Below, in pieces: positions 1-12,827 of a stretch of 64,000 bases of DNA. Made by a program: the position numbers and the translations under genes. Numbering within the stretch: the stretch's first letter is position 1; each line of letters starts with the position of its first letter. Source of the stretch: Podarcis bocagei (Eukaryota); the NCBI GenBank assembly GCA_964188305.1, contig OZ076898.1; one strand, given 5' to 3'. The notes under the pieces were generated by a model. The model ran no database searches, was not told the DNA's origin, and saw nothing but the letters and a program-made list of their open reading frames with translations.

Positions 1-4
1 TGAT

Positions 5-48
5 CTTTGAGATGCAGAAAGACAGCAAGGGGGCAGCCAGAGATGAAA
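5..48 (-). other. Candidate 3' splice acceptor of the HCRT intron (intron ~5-2946)
   Basis: Minus strand reads ttttcatctctggctgcccccttgctgtctttctgcatctcaaAG|ATCA, an AG-free pyrimidine tract ending in AG. Only 4 exon bases are visible. Confidence 0.4.
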
Positions 49-504
49 ACGTTGTCATAATGGGTCACTTCAATTATCCAAAGTTTTTTTCTGGGGAAAC
101 ATACATTTAGCATAGAGACAACAGATCAAGCAGTGGAGGCAGGACTTATTAGGGCAAATGGGGCACTGCCCCACCAGCCTCAGTCTGCCCTCATCCAGCG
201 CCCACCTGCCTGCCTTCTTGGGGGGGGGGTGGCACTGCCTTGACATCTCCCCCCTCCTCTCCTCCTTAGTCTGTGTTGCCTTTGTAGTAATCAGCAGGGG
301 AGAAGAGGACCGGGATGAAACTAAAACAAGCAGATTGTGCCTGCCCTTGGCTCTGGCTCCCCCTACTGTCGGCCTCCCTATCTTGCACCCTACCAGCCCC
401 ACAGAGCACCAGCCACTCAAATCGAAGTGAGAGCAGTTCCGTTGGTAGCCTATCGTATTTTTTACTCGTAAGTCATATTGAAATATTATTTTATTTTTCT
501 TTCT

Positions 505-965
505 TCATTGCATTTATATCCACCTTTTCCTCCATGGAGCTCAAGGTGGCGTATATGGTTCATCTTCCTCTCTTCATTTAATCCAGTGTGAGGTAGTGGT
601 TAAGAGCGGTAGTCTCGTAATCTGGTGAACCAGGTTCGCTTCCCTGCTCCTCCACATGCAGCTGCTGGGTGACCTTGGGCTACTCACACTTCTCTGGAGT
701 CTCTCAGCCTCACTCACCTCACAGAGTGTTTGTTGTGGGGGAGGAAGGGAAAGGAGGTTGTTAGCCGCTTTGAGACTCCTTAAGGGGAGTGAAAGGCAGG
801 ACATCAAGTCCAAACTCCTCTTCTTCTTCCTCACAATGACCCTGTGAGGTAGGTTAGGCTGAGAGGCAGTGACTGGCCCAAGGTCACCCAGTGGGCTTCA
901 TGGCCGAGTGGAGATTTGAACCCTGGTCTTCCAGGTCCAAGTCCATCCCTCTGACCACTATGCTG
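505..965. mobile_element. MIR-like tRNA SINE (minus) interrupted by a second SINE (~585-828, plus) in the putative HCRT intron
   Basis: A/B-box head gtagtggttaagagc...ggttcgcttccc and (ttc)n tail; the host halves match SINE copies at ~39590-40410 and ~21015-21170. Confidence 0.55.
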
Positions 966-2946
966 CACTGATGTTCTCCCACTCAGTGAAAAATGAACAA
1001 TTATAAGTGGGTTATATATTAAGTAACTAAGTACGTATGTCATCACTCGCAGCCGCAGTGTTCCCCACGTACAAATTACGAACACTTTTAAATCAGATCA
1101 TTGGGCAGCCGTTCTGTCCAATTTTAAACTTTGGTTTTGAGAGCATCGTAACATAATGTCACTCCCGAGCCAGGTCAAAGGTCTAGCATCCTGTACTCAG
1201 TGGCCAACCAAGTACTTAGGGGAAGTCCGAAAACAGCACCTGAGCTCAACCGCACTTTTCCCACCTGCCCACGATTCCCAGGAAATGGCATTTGGAGTCA
1301 TATTGCCTCTGCCTGTGGAAGTGGATGTCAGGTTTTCTGATCTTAAGTCATTAAGGGCCAAGCTAAACATGATGTCCAATGTGTCTTTGAATTTACCAAT
1401 GTTGTGCAGGTTTATTTATTTATTTTTTTAATGCAAATTGCATCAGCTGTCTGAGAAAATATTTATTGGGATTTCAGCAGGCATATCAAGAGAATGCAGC
1501 CCTCCTTTCCCCCTTTGCAGATCAGAGGAATAAACTTCCTCTGAAGCTTGGATTTGCATTGAAAATGCACACACACACACACACACACACACGGCTGCAC
1601 GCACACACAGCAATGGAGGATTTATCCCTAAAGGAAAATCACACCATAGGAAGAGAAACTTTCCTCAGGACAACCAGAGGGAGGAAAGGGTTAAATCCCA
1701 TAAATCGACAGGGCTTACCTGTGAACAAACACAGATTCGGTCTCACTGTAACCTGTTTGGGGCTTGTTAATACTAAATAAGCCAACTGCAAATATATGAT
1801 AAAATTATAGACAGTGTAAGAAAGTGTCCATTATCCCTTACGCATAATATGAAAACACAAGCTCACCTAGTGATTGGCAGCCATTCAGGACAGATGAAAT
1901 GAAACAAATCACACAGAACGATGTGTAAGCCACCGATGGAATTTTATCGCCAAAAGGGCTTCTTTTTAAACTTAACCTGGGACCTTTTGCATGAAAAAGC
2001 ATATGCTCTGCTGCTGAGCTACAGCTCTCCCCCCCCCCCGCCAATGGACGAGAGGTCTGTCAACAGCTAGTAGCCATGAGAAATGGGACCTCATGCTCAG
2101 AACCAGTAAACCTCACTGAATCAGATGCTGATGACAGTCCACAGAGAGCTTTTGTCTTCATGACCATTTGTGAACTTCATACCGTAGATGCATTGGATCA
2201 GCCGCTGTTGAGAGATGAAGTGCTCGACCGCTGGACCGGCGATTCTTATTCACAGCACATCCTTGTTCTCTCACACCTGTTCCACTCAAGCACACTGGTT
2301 GTGCTCACATTTTGTTGCTTTTCTTCCATCCCACTACCCCTACTGCTTCCTCTCTCTACACCCAGGGCATTTCCCCTTTCTCTGTCCCATAGTGCAAGCT
2401 ACCAGAGACCACCACCCTCACAAAGTCCTTCTTGAAACCATCCAAACTTCCCCTGTTTTTTTACTCCAATAACTTGTCCCTTTTACCCATTTTCCCAACC
2501 TGGACCTCCCCTCCATCCCATCCCTTTAAACTAGCCTGAAGCCCTCTGGGGAAAGTAGCATTGCTTTTCTTTAATTTTCCATGCAGCTCCTAATACTCTC
2601 CAACAGCAGTAGTAGAAAATCATGAGGGGGAAACCTCACATTGGTGACAAGATGGTGTCTTCTATTGCACCATTAGCTTGATGGAAGCTTTTGAGCTCCA
2701 CAGCACTCTTCCGTGACACTCAAGTTTGAAATCGAGTCCTCTATTTTTAACTGGTTTTGTACATCGATCTACTGACTTCATTCTAAGAGCGTTTCCTAGC
2801 TTCACCCCAGATTCATGTTATCTTCCAAGGCTTGGCCCAACTAGAGAGGAACAGGACAACCGAGATATGCATCTCCAGCTCAACATTGTGCTGCCGCCAC
2901 CCCCACCCCAGGTTTGCTCATCTAGAGAGTGTGATAGGGCAGTTAC

Positions 2947-2967
2947 CTTAATCTTCCGGCTCTCCAT
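2947..2967 (-). CDS. HCRT: Prepro-orexin/hypocretin, coding part of exon 1 (MESRKIK); exon 2 probably starts at the left window edge
   Basis: ATG GAG AGC CGG AAG ATT AAG|GTAACT: 7 codons ending in Lys, then a phase-0 GT donor. This matches the known HCRT exon-1 architecture (recalled human MNLPSTK, chicken MEVPNAK). TATAAA lies ~90 bp upstream, and the gene is downstream of STAT5 on the same strand as in the mammalian STAT5B-GHDC-HCRT-KCNH4 block. A polypyrimidine tract plus AG acceptor is at 5-48. The mature peptides are not in the window. Confidence 0.72.
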
Positions 2968-3056
2968 AATCTTGGTTGTCTTCAAAGCGACAAGTTGGCT
3001 TGTGTCATGACCTTCCAGGGGTGATGCTGTAAGGAAAAGCTGGAGGAAGCGGTCAA

Positions 3057-3062
3057 TTTATA
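3057..3062 (-). promoter_or_regulatory. TATA box of the putative HCRT promoter
   Basis: Plus-strand tttata = TATAAA on minus (CCCTATAAATTG); implies a TSS near 3030 and a ~65-nt leader. Confidence 0.62.
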
Positions 3063-4890
3063 GGGCCGTTTTCTACGTAGGCCCCAGGTACCTCACTTGC
3101 TCCCATGATACGTGACACAAACACATCCTCTCCAATGGCAATGCCAAAAATAACTGTCTCCCCACCGACCCCTCAGAGTGGATCAGAAAAGAGAGGAAGG
3201 ATCCTTTTGTACCCCGTCTCTTGGAGACCAGCCAAGACATCCACCCGCCTTTGTCGTTCCCTCTCCAGTAATGAACCCACGGACGTCTGAGGAACCAGAC
3301 AGCCGCTTACAAGCCACAAAGGCAGCCAACGACTAGGCCGAGATAATGAGAGGAGCCGCACTTGTTAGCATGGGCCCATTAGGCTAATTACCTCAAAAAC
3401 ATGGAGCCAGAAGCTAGCGGTGCCCTTTTCGCTGGCACATGGCATTGGCACACTTCCTTCCACACGGGGCACATGACTCAGAGAATATGGCACCCCCAAT
3501 CTGCACGCGTACACAGCACCAGTACTTGGGTTTCAGGGGGGTGCAGCACCCCAATGTCACCCATCCTCCTGGCCTAGCCCAGAGGTGAGGAATCCAATTC
3601 CTAGTTGGTGGTGGCTTAGAAGTGATGTGCAGGCACCAAAGTCCCTTTCAGCTAAACTCCACCCTTACCTGTATGACGTCAGGTGTAGGGCAGGTGGGGA
3701 GGTTTGCCTGAAGCAGCCTCACAGAGCAAACAGGGAGGCCAAATTTGGCCCGGGGGTTGCAGGATCCCACCTGCCACCCCCCACCCCCAGCTCTAGGAAG
3801 AAGAGAGGCCTCGCATGGGACTTTCAGGGAACATGAAGCCAAAGTGAGATTTGTGGACTAAACTATTGTGTCTCAGGCTGCTCTTAACGGTACAGGAATC
3901 CTCTGAGGGAAAAAAGCAGGCAATCCCATTCTATGTTCCTCTCCATTTCAAGTAGCCCCATTAACTTTCTGCATCTGTTTAAGGCAGAGGTGGGGAACCT
4001 CCGGCCTGCAGGCCTCACGAAGCCTAGTACAGGCCCCCATTTTGACCACACAACTGTTTCTCCCAAACCATGTCCAACTGCCCCACATCAGAATTCATAC
4101 ATAATATCAGGTGTGGAGCAGGGAAAGGGGAGACCTCAGGGAAACTATTGGGTGCTTAAAGCGAGCTCTCAATTGTTCCTTTGCAAATGGGACTTGTAGC
4201 AACAACTGGGATCAGCTGCACTGTAGCTAGCAGGGCTTGTTGTCAGTGCCGATCAGCAGACTGGTAGTTTTGGCAAGCTCCTTTGAGCAGAGGTTGGCAG
4301 TCTCACTCACCCACCCATCACAGTCATAGCTGTCAACGTTTCCCTTTTTTTAAAGGGAAATTCCCTTATTCTGAATAGGATTTCTCTCAAGAAAAGAGAA
4401 AAGTTGACAGCTATGGCCCGTGTGGAATCAGGAATCTGGCCCGCTGGCCAGATCCGGTCTCACCTGCCCCCCACTCTATTTGTACTCTTATTGCACTAGA
4501 AGCCATACCCACACTGAGCAAGATTCAGGTATGTTTGGAAGTTGCAAATCCATCAATGGGGAGATGTGAGGAGAGGTAAGATGTCCCTCAAAGAGAGATC
4601 CAAAAAGGGCACTGATCCTGATAAGAGATAGTATGGAAACAGGGGGTATTATCCAGGCACAATGGCAGCATGCCTGGCCCATGTATTAGAGGACACAGGT
4701 TCTGCTTGGTAGACACCTGAGTTACCAGGAGATAAATGTTTATCAGAAATTTTAAAGAGAGGGAAGTGGTGGGTGAGGAGGGAATGCTCAGCCCTTTCTC
4801 TCACCCTTTTTCCTTGCCCCCATTGCTTTTCTCCAAGTGCTGTGAGGGCATGACTAAAAGAGACAGAAAGAACAGAAGAGAAGCTCAGGT

Positions 4891-4896
4891 TTTATT
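4891..4896 (-). terminator. Probable poly(A) signal of the PLCL-like gene (3' UTR ~2.2 kb)
   Basis: AATAAA on minus followed by a U/GU-rich stretch (CTTCTCTTCTGTTCTTTCTGTCTCTTTT). Confidence 0.5.
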
Positions 4897-7058
4897 GTCA
4901 AGAGAATCCATCCCTCACAATCCTAGAGGAAGCCTTCCAGGTCTGGCATGAGGGGAACAGGGCCCAGCTGGGGAGTCATCAGTCTATGCCCCCCCCCCAC
5001 TCAGCAACACCCCCAAAACAAGGAAAAGTGAGAGAGAGATCAATGTAAGGAACCAGAAGACACCATTGCACAAATATCTGTGAGACTGGCAAAATATTTC
5101 AAATTTCAACGTTTTCAAATGTGAATTTAGGGGACACTTTGAAAACTCAAGCTTTAAGGTCTGCGTGCTATTTTTCAAGATGGTATGATCTTCTTGTTAG
5201 ATTTACAATCTTATAGCCTTGCTTTCTTTTTGGCCAACAAACAAACAAACCCCACGACCCTGAATCCAACAATATTCCATAACTTGGGAATAATGGGGGG
5301 GGGGGGATCCAGTCAGGAGAGGATAAAATTTGGTTTGCATCCAGCTACATCATACTCAAAGTAGACCCACAGAAATCAACTGGAACGCTTCAATTAATTC
5401 TGCTGATTTCAGTGGATCCACTCTGAGTGTGACTTAACTTGATGCAACCATTTGAAGTTTTACAACCAGATTCTAGAGAGGAAAGTTCGAGATGTAGTCC
5501 TCCCTGTCCTTTCAGCTCTAACTAGGAGCCTCAAAGCATGGTGGGGGAGAACAAGACATACCAAGATGTCTTCTAGCCCTCTCCCTCCCCACTGCCACCT
5601 TGCCCTGAGGAAGATCTGTGTCCAGCAGACAACAGAACTGTATAATATTTCAAGTTGGAAGGAGGCAACCTGGAGGTTATTCAGACCACCCCAGCAATCC
5701 TGGAATCTCAGTGTCACAGCATCCCTGACAGTTGGCCCTCTGCTTAAATACTACCAGCAGGGAGCCCACCACACCTCCTGAGGGAGTCTCTTCCAGCACC
5801 CCACAGCTACAAGCCTTGCTCTGCAGCTGTGAGCCACTCAATTCCCAGGTGGCCCTGTACCCAAAATCTGAGTTTGGCCTTCCTCTTGCTAGTGAATTTA
5901 GTTCCAAGGGCGGAGAGAAAGAGAAGCTGTTTTTATTTTAGTCACAACCCAAATAACATGTCAATGGCAAATAACATGTCAAATAACATGCCAGCTCACC
6001 AACAGGGGGCGCTACATAGGATCAGAGGTGATCCTATGCACAGCTCTTAGGGCCTTGTGCTTCTAGCAGACCTTGACCCAAGACCTCATGAAATGTCAGG
6101 CAGGGGATTCAGCCTCTGAGGTGCCACCCGCCTCCGTCCAAAAGGATGAAATTCCAGCAGGGCCGGCCCTACCACTGAGCAGCCACCTGAGCTGATTTCA
6201 GGTGTCAGGAAAAGGACAGCAGATTGTTTGATTTATGATGGCTGTATTTTTACTGACAGAGAGGGGAAGACACTCATGTGGGAATTTCTGGCTCAGGTGC
6301 CAAAGAAAACAGCAGTATTTGGCTAGCTTTGGCTACTGCTCAACTCAGCTCATTCGCTGCTCTGCCTCCGGCAGTAAACTGACTTGACTGCAGAAGGCCA
6401 GCCGAACAACCACCTCTTTACACTGATGGGCCACAGCAGCTCAGCTGACACCTATCTGAGCCCCTATAGAAAAGCTTCTGGGCCAGGCTTGGTTATTGGT
6501 CCAATGAATGAAGAGGCCTCTGCCGATGCTGGTTTTTCGCGGGAGCCTCAGTAAAAAGAATGGAAGCACCCCAAGGAACATGGAGGCTCCTGTTTGTTTC
6601 AGTGATCACACCAACACCATACATGTAGAGCATGTGGCTTCCCTCAAAGTCTTGGGGACTGCAGTTTGCCCCTACCAGAGCTGCAATTGCCAGCACCCTT
6701 AACAAACTAGAGTTTCCAGGATTCTTTGGGGGAAGCTGCATGTCTTCAATGTGGAATGACCAAAGAGGCTGGTGCAGGAGAGGTTTTCCCACAGGTTACG
6801 GTCAAATCTGTTTGTCACTGCCATCTGCTGTCTGGGGTTGGTCACTCTGTTTACGAAAAGAGAGCCTCGGTTGTTACGCGCATAGTGACTTGGCAGTAGA
6901 CTGGCGAGAACCTCAAGCTACTTCCCCACGCTGGAGACAAAACTGTGCTTCATGTCAATTTTTAAAAAATAAAAATAGAAATCCGCCACGCTTCATCCCG
7001 AGTCTCTGTGTTTGTCCATAAGTCCGCTGCCCTCCCTAGGATTCGGGGCCACTCCGAG

Positions 7059-7244
7059 TCAGCAAGATCCGGTGTCGCTGCCTCCTTCGGTTTCCGGGAT
7101 GGGATCAAGGAGAGCTCGGCCGCGGAAGAGGTCGGGGGAGGCTGCGCCATTCCGGCCGATGCCACAGGACTGTGCGGCGTTGTGGATCTGCCAGAGTGTG
7201 TCGAGTGCCTCTGCCTTAGAGTGTTTCAGTAGGTCGGCCTGGCC
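7059..7244 (-). CDS. Inactive phospholipase C-like (PLCL2-like/PRIP) gene, exon 6, last coding exon
   Basis: cag|[28 protein letters not shown]...DTGSC*, homologous to the PLCL2 last exon (GQADLLKYAKNE...). TGA at 7059-7061. Confidence 0.9.
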   Translation of the reverse strand, partial: GQADLLKHSKAEALDTLWQIHNAAQSCGIGRNGAASPDLFRGRALLDPIPETEGGSDTGSC

Positions 7245-7547
7245 CTGTGGGCGATGGAAGAGTTGAAGAGGTGATGAAAGGTGGTCACAGAGTCAAGGAA
7301 AGAAAACGAAAAACACACACCCAGAGGTCCAACGGCAAACTACGGTGTTGAAGGTAACCTGACAAGTTCAGCTGCTTAATAATTCTCCTTTTGGGGAGGG
7401 AGGAAGCCAACTTGCCTACAATGTATTATCGTTGGGCAACGTCACTGAAATAAACACAAAAGGTGCCCATCGTATGCAAAAGGAGTTGTTATAAAATAAT
7501 ACACATGAAGAGAATGAATCATACTGATGCAAATGGAAGTTGTATTG

Positions 7548-7928
7548 GCCTCTGTCCAGTATACCTGAAGGAGCGTCTCTACTCCCATTGTTCTGCCCAG
7601 ACACTGAGGTCCAGTTCCGAGGGCCTTCTGGCGGTTCCCTCGCTGCAAGAAGCCAAGTTACAGGGAACCAGGCAGAGGGCCTTCTCGGTAGTGGCACCCG
7701 CCCTGTGGAACGCCCTCCCACCAGATGTCAAAGAGAAAAACAACTACCAGACTTTTAGAGGACGTCTGAAGGCAGCCCTGTTTAGGGAAGCTTTTAATGT
7801 TTAATAGACTATTGTATTTTAATATTTTGTTGGAAGCCGCTCAGAGTGGCTGGGGAAACCCAGCCAGATGGGTGGGGTATAAATAAATAATAAATAAATT
7901 GTTGTTGTTGTTGTTGTTGTTGTTGTTA
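7548..7928 (+). mobile_element. L2-type LINE 3' end with microsatellite tail (similar copies at ~9434-9902 and ~23720-24085)
   Basis: Shared cctgaaggagcgtctc...gggccttctcggtagtggc...ctgtggaacgccctccc block in three places, each ending in (AAT)n/(TTA)n/(TTG)n. Confidence 0.65.
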
Positions 7929-8764
7929 TTGAAGTTTATCTCAACCTGTTTTAAAAAAAAGTAATTTCCTTTGTTGACACATTTTGGTAAAGGGGCAAAT
8001 CTTTCATCCCATTCTGACACAACAAAGACTTCAGCCATCACAACAGAGACTTAGTTCACTGCTTTTGCTTTTCTTACGCTGCTTTAATGAGAAAAGTGCA
8101 AATAAACCTAAACAAAAAGCTGCCCATTATAGTTGCAAAACACACACACAGAGAGAGCCATAACATTAGCAGAAATCAGAGCATAAGACCAAGCTAGTGG
8201 CATAGGAAGCTTCCTTATACCAAGTCAGAACATTGGTCCACCTAGGCTAGTCCTGTCTACAGTGACTGGCCGTGCCTCTCCAGGGTTTCTACCTGGAGAT
8301 GTCAGGGATTGATTGTGGGACCTGGATAGCTCAGTTGGTTACGAGTGTAGTGTTGATAATGCCAAGGTTGCAGGTTCGGTCCCTGCATGGGAAAGTTGCA
8401 TATTCCTGCCTTGTAGTGGGTTGGGCTAGAATCCTCAGGGTCCCTTCCGACTCTACAATTCTATGATTCTACGACTCTCAGTCTCTAACAAAAATTAAGA
8501 GATCAGGAGAAGTCAGTGTTAAGGGAGGAGTGGAACCCTTTCACAGAATATACGAAGAAATATAAAAGTCAGATAAGTTTGCAAGTAGGATTTGAACTGT
8601 GAACTGCAGTGAAGAACCATCTAGATATTAAGCTAAGCTGAAGAGGGGTGTTAGGTATAATATGCAGCAAGATAAGGGGAAATAAGGAAACCATGAAGGG
8701 ATGGAGGGGAAGTTCATATGTATTAGAAAGGGTGGTGGTAATCAAAGATGTGTTAAAGCTCTGG

Positions 8765-8810
<46 letters not shown>

Positions 8811-9839
8811 GTCAGTGTGCAGAGCAGATTGCTCTACCACTGAACCATTGGATTTTAAGCAACAATGTCATGCACTGGGGGAAATCAGCAGCAAGGAAGC
8901 CGTCTGGAGAGAAGCCATCAGCATCCCCTTTTAACCAAAGCAACTGAAGGAAAGCACAGCTCTAAGCAGCCCTCATGTTTTTCAAAACAGCAACAGACGA
9001 TCAAGATGCAAGGACATGGAACATGCAGCGCCCACCAGGTGGCAGTGCCTGCTCACCACCGGACCACGGACACTTTAGATTCTTTAGAAAGTCTGTGGCC
9101 CAAACACAACGTGGCATTCAATGCACAAATGCTTTTGACACCCCCCCCCCAAAAAAAACCCCCTAGAGCTGCAGCTTGAAATGCATGGGGAGGGAGAGAT
9201 CATTGCGTTTCTTGAATGCTGCGAGCCCAACAAAAATCTCCCAGGAAGAAAACGTCCGCAGGGCAATAGTATTTTGTTTACTTATTTGTTATGGTCTACC
9301 TTTCCTTCAAAAAGCTTAGAGTGGGAACTGTAGATGGTTCTCCCTTTCCCCATTTTATCCTTAGAACCCCGCCTGGGCAATAGGTCCCTGCTCTGGTTTA
9401 TCTCCCGCTTGGACCACTGCGCTCTACACAGAAAGTGACTCAGAAACTACATCTAATCCACTGGCTCCCAGTACGTTTCCAAGCACAATTCAAAGTGTTG
9501 GTGCTGACCTTTAATGCCCTAAACAGCCTCGGCCCTGTATACCTGAAGGAGCATCTCCACCCCCTTCATTCAGCTCGGACACTGAGGGCCAGCTCCGAGG
9601 GCCTTTTGGCAGTTCCCTGACTGTGAGAGAAGTTACAGGGAACCAAGTAGAGGGCATTCTGGGTAATTGCACCTGCCCTGTGGAACGCCCTCCTATCAGA
9701 TGTCAAAGAGATAAACAATGATACCACTTTCTGAAGACACCTGAAGGCGTGTTTTTATGCTTGATGTTTTTGTGTTTTTATATTATGTTGGAAGCTGCCC
9801 AGAGTGACTGGGACAACCCAGAGATGGGCAGGGTAATTG

Positions 9840-9902
<63 letters not shown>
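9840..9902. repeat. (AAT)n microsatellite; others at 1568-1592 (CA), 8767-8808 (AAT), 24023-24085 (TTA), 39935-39978 and 40263-40317 (AT), 57161-57200 (CATT)
   Basis: Direct inspection. Confidence 0.95.
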
Positions 9903-10068
9903 GGCTGAGAGGTAATGGCTGCCCCAAGGTCCCCCAGCGAGCTTTTTGGCTGACTGGGGATTTCTGCATTCTCAAACTTCTCTTTTCTCACATCCCGTGG
10001 CTGAAGTCCTGGCCCTGAGACCCTGTCCCAGAAAATCCTACCTCGCAGCAAGTGCTGCTCCTAATTAC

Positions 10069-10178
10069 CTTCAGGACAGTGATGTTCCAGGCAAAACTCT
10101 CCAGAGCTTTCTGCAGCTTCCGCCCTTTCAGGCCTTCCTTGGCCTCCAAACGGTGCAGCTCCTTGTGAAAACCCATCC
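10069..10178 (-). CDS. PLCL2-like gene, exon 5 (110 nt)
   Basis: AG/GT bounded; (G)[36 protein letters not shown] matches PLCL2 [36 protein letters not shown]; phases are consistent. Confidence 0.92.
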
Positions 10179-10879
10179 CTGGATAAATGTGGAAAGGGAG
10201 GCAAAGGAGACAACCTGTCACAGGCCTGCTGCTTTCTGGACAAGGTAGGACTGCGCTCCTGAAGGCTGGAAGAGCACACCCCCACCCCAAGGGTCAAGGG
10301 TGGCTGTGCGTTCACCCCACTATGGCACCTGGTCATCAGCTTTTGCGGGTTTTTCAAAGCGGTTCAAGAAACCCTTTCAGAGCACTCCAAAATCATTGCC
10401 CATCTACGTGCACAGAAAACAGTGCAACTGACTCTCAAAACTTGGGGATTATTGAAATACCGTATTTTTTGCTCTACAAGACTCACTTTTTCCCTCCTAA
10501 AAAGTAAGGGGAAATGTGTGTGCATCTTGTGGAGCGAATGCAGGCTGCGCAGCTATCCCAGAAGCCGGAACAGCAAGAGGGATCGCTGTGCAACGATCCC
10601 TCTTGTTGTTCTAGCTTCTGAGATTCAGAATATTTTTTTTCTTGTTTTCCTCCTCCAAAAACTAGGTGCGTCTTATGGTCTGGTGCGTCTTATAGAGCAA
10701 AAAATACGGTATATACCACAATAAATCAATTGATTTGAGTCGTGTGACTCAAATCGCATAGACTAGACCCATTTTAAAAAAAGCAATGCGGACTAAGCGT
10801 GCTTTTGGGGCCCTTCTGAGATCAGGGTCCCCGAAGCTTTAAGTTTCGTTAGTTTCATAGCAGATTCTCTGCTGCCTAC

Positions 10880-10955
10880 CTGCTTGTTGCACCTGGATAA
10901 TCTTGGCGTGAACGGCATCGGCTGACTCAATTAGCGTGCGGCCTGTTTGGATCAT
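10880..10955 (-). CDS. PLCL2-like gene, exon 4 (76 nt)
   Basis: cag|MIQTGRTLIESADAVHAKIIQVQQA G|gtaggc; homologous to PLCL2 MIQSLKALIENADAVYEKIVHCQKA. Confidence 0.9.
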
Positions 10956-11726
10956 CTGATGGCGGGGAAAGTAAAAGAGAGAGAAGGTGTGGTTAGTGGG
11001 GTGGGGGCTGAGCAAGCCTGCAAAGCACCCCACCTTACAAGAGGCCCTTGGCCCCACTATGCACAGATAGTGTGTACAGATAGGTAGTGTGTACAGATAG
11101 ATAGTAATTGCACAGATTCCAGGCCTTCTCTATGCGCTACTCTTTCTCACTGTGACAAAGTCTTTGCAGTTCTAGCTGCTAGGGCCCAAGAGCACGTTAT
11201 GTTAGTCACATGCCTCTGCCCTTAAGCGCCAATCCAGATCTGGAGTCTAGTGTGGGGAGTGTCTTTAGCCCTTTGCTATAGGCCCAATGCACATCAGGGA
11301 GTCCTATGCCTATCATGAGCATTGCCCAAGAAAAGATCTATGGGTTGCTGCACTTCAAACAAAAGAGCCTGGCAGATAGCTCAGTTGGTACAGCATGAGA
11401 CTCTTAATCTCAGAGTCATGGGTTGGAGTCCCACATCGGGCAAAACATCCATGCATTGCAGGGGGTTGGACTCTACGATTCTATGAATCTACCAGTAATC
11501 AGCTATCCAGGAAGCTGCTGGAGGCAGGGGCTGAAGCAGTGAAGCACAGTACCAGCTTGGCCACAGAGCACCTGAACAGCGCCGGTGCATATTGGATTGG
11601 CTTGAGTAGCACAGCCAATCTGCCAATCAAGACAAGAGGCTTGGCACCCCTAATAGTAGGGCTGGCCCTGCTGCCAGGGCCCCAGCAGCTGGCTGATGAT
11701 GCCATGTGCTGGCGCCAGGTCTGGTA

Positions 11727-11977
11727 CAGTTGTACCTTGGAAGTCAAAAGGAATCTGTTCCCGAAGTCCGTTCAACTTCCAAAACGTTCGGAAACCAAAG
11801 TGCGGCTTCTGATTGGCTGTAGGAAGCTCCTGCAGCCAATTGGAAGCCGCAGAAGCCTTGTCGGATGTTCGGCTTCCGAAAGAATGTTCCAAATCCGGAA
11901 CACTCACTTCTGAGTTCCAAACGTTCAAGGGCCAATTTATTCGGGAGCCAAGGTGTTTGAGATCCAAGGTACCACTG
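11727..11977. mobile_element. Tc1/mariner-type MITE (CAGTcGTACCTTGG TIR family; also ~15941-16190, 25400-25639, 62157-62407)
   Basis: TA-flanked inverted termini and a shared internal ctgattggctgcagg...cctgcagccaatcag palindrome. Confidence 0.75.
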
Positions 11978-12617
11978 TACTAAAATCCCCTTGAGGACAG
12001 AATAGGAAGGGAGTTTTCACACAATGCTAAAGCAGCTCTTGCTCCAGGCAGGATTGTAATGTAACAAAACCTACACGGGCCAGGGTGGGGAGAGATGCTC
12101 ATACCCATTAGAGAAGTGACTCTCTTCCATTTTGATCATGCACTTGGGAGGATAAACAACACAGGAGAACCTAAAACTCCACATAAGCTTTATACGTGGA
12201 AATGAGGCCCCTTAACTGGCACAACTTGGTGCATGTGCAGGGATGGCCACTCTATCCCTGTATCTCTATGGTGCAGGCCCCATAACTGGGCCTAGTCTTG
12301 GCTGCTGCCTAAAGAACTGCACATTATTGACTCTCTCTTCCATCTGAGTCTCAAGGTGAACGTGTGCTGCACTGAGAGAACAGGGATAGCGGGGGCAGGA
12401 GCCCTTGGTTAAGATTTGCACCACAAATGTGTGCCCCACCCCACCCCACCCCACCCCAAATTGATATTTTTGCTGGGCCTCGAAACAAAACCAGGAGATC
12501 AGAAAAGAGGGACCAACCCTGTTATGGAAAGGAAACAGCAGCTGATAACCCTGGCAAAGGCCCAGGGTCCATCCCCTCCCCCCGCCTCAACCCACCCACC
12601 CACCAGTTTACACTCAC

Positions 12618-12827
12618 AGTGTCGTAGGCAGCAAGCACTTTCCGCAGGAGCTCTGGGACCGGCCCCTGGGCCTCCATGGAGGGGTATTCCTCGCCCAGGT
12701 TGAGGGTGACAGCTGGGGGGCTCTCCTTCTCGCTGGGCTGCAGCCAAGTGGCCAACTTTAAGATGCACTGCTTGATGTTGGCTGCCGGCGTCAGGCCACA
12801 CAATTCCTTGAAGGAGACCAGAGCATT
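12618..12827 (-). CDS. PLCL2-like gene, exon 3 (210 nt)
   Basis: tag|[21 protein letters not shown]...[25 protein letters not shown]|gtgagt; homologous to PLCL2 [12 protein letters not shown]...YDM. Confidence 0.92.

Noticed and set aside
8325-8470. tRNA-like A/B boxes (also ~11376, ~13313, ~34835)
   Set aside because: Heads of tRNA-derived SINEs with LINE-like tails; no complete cloverleaf.
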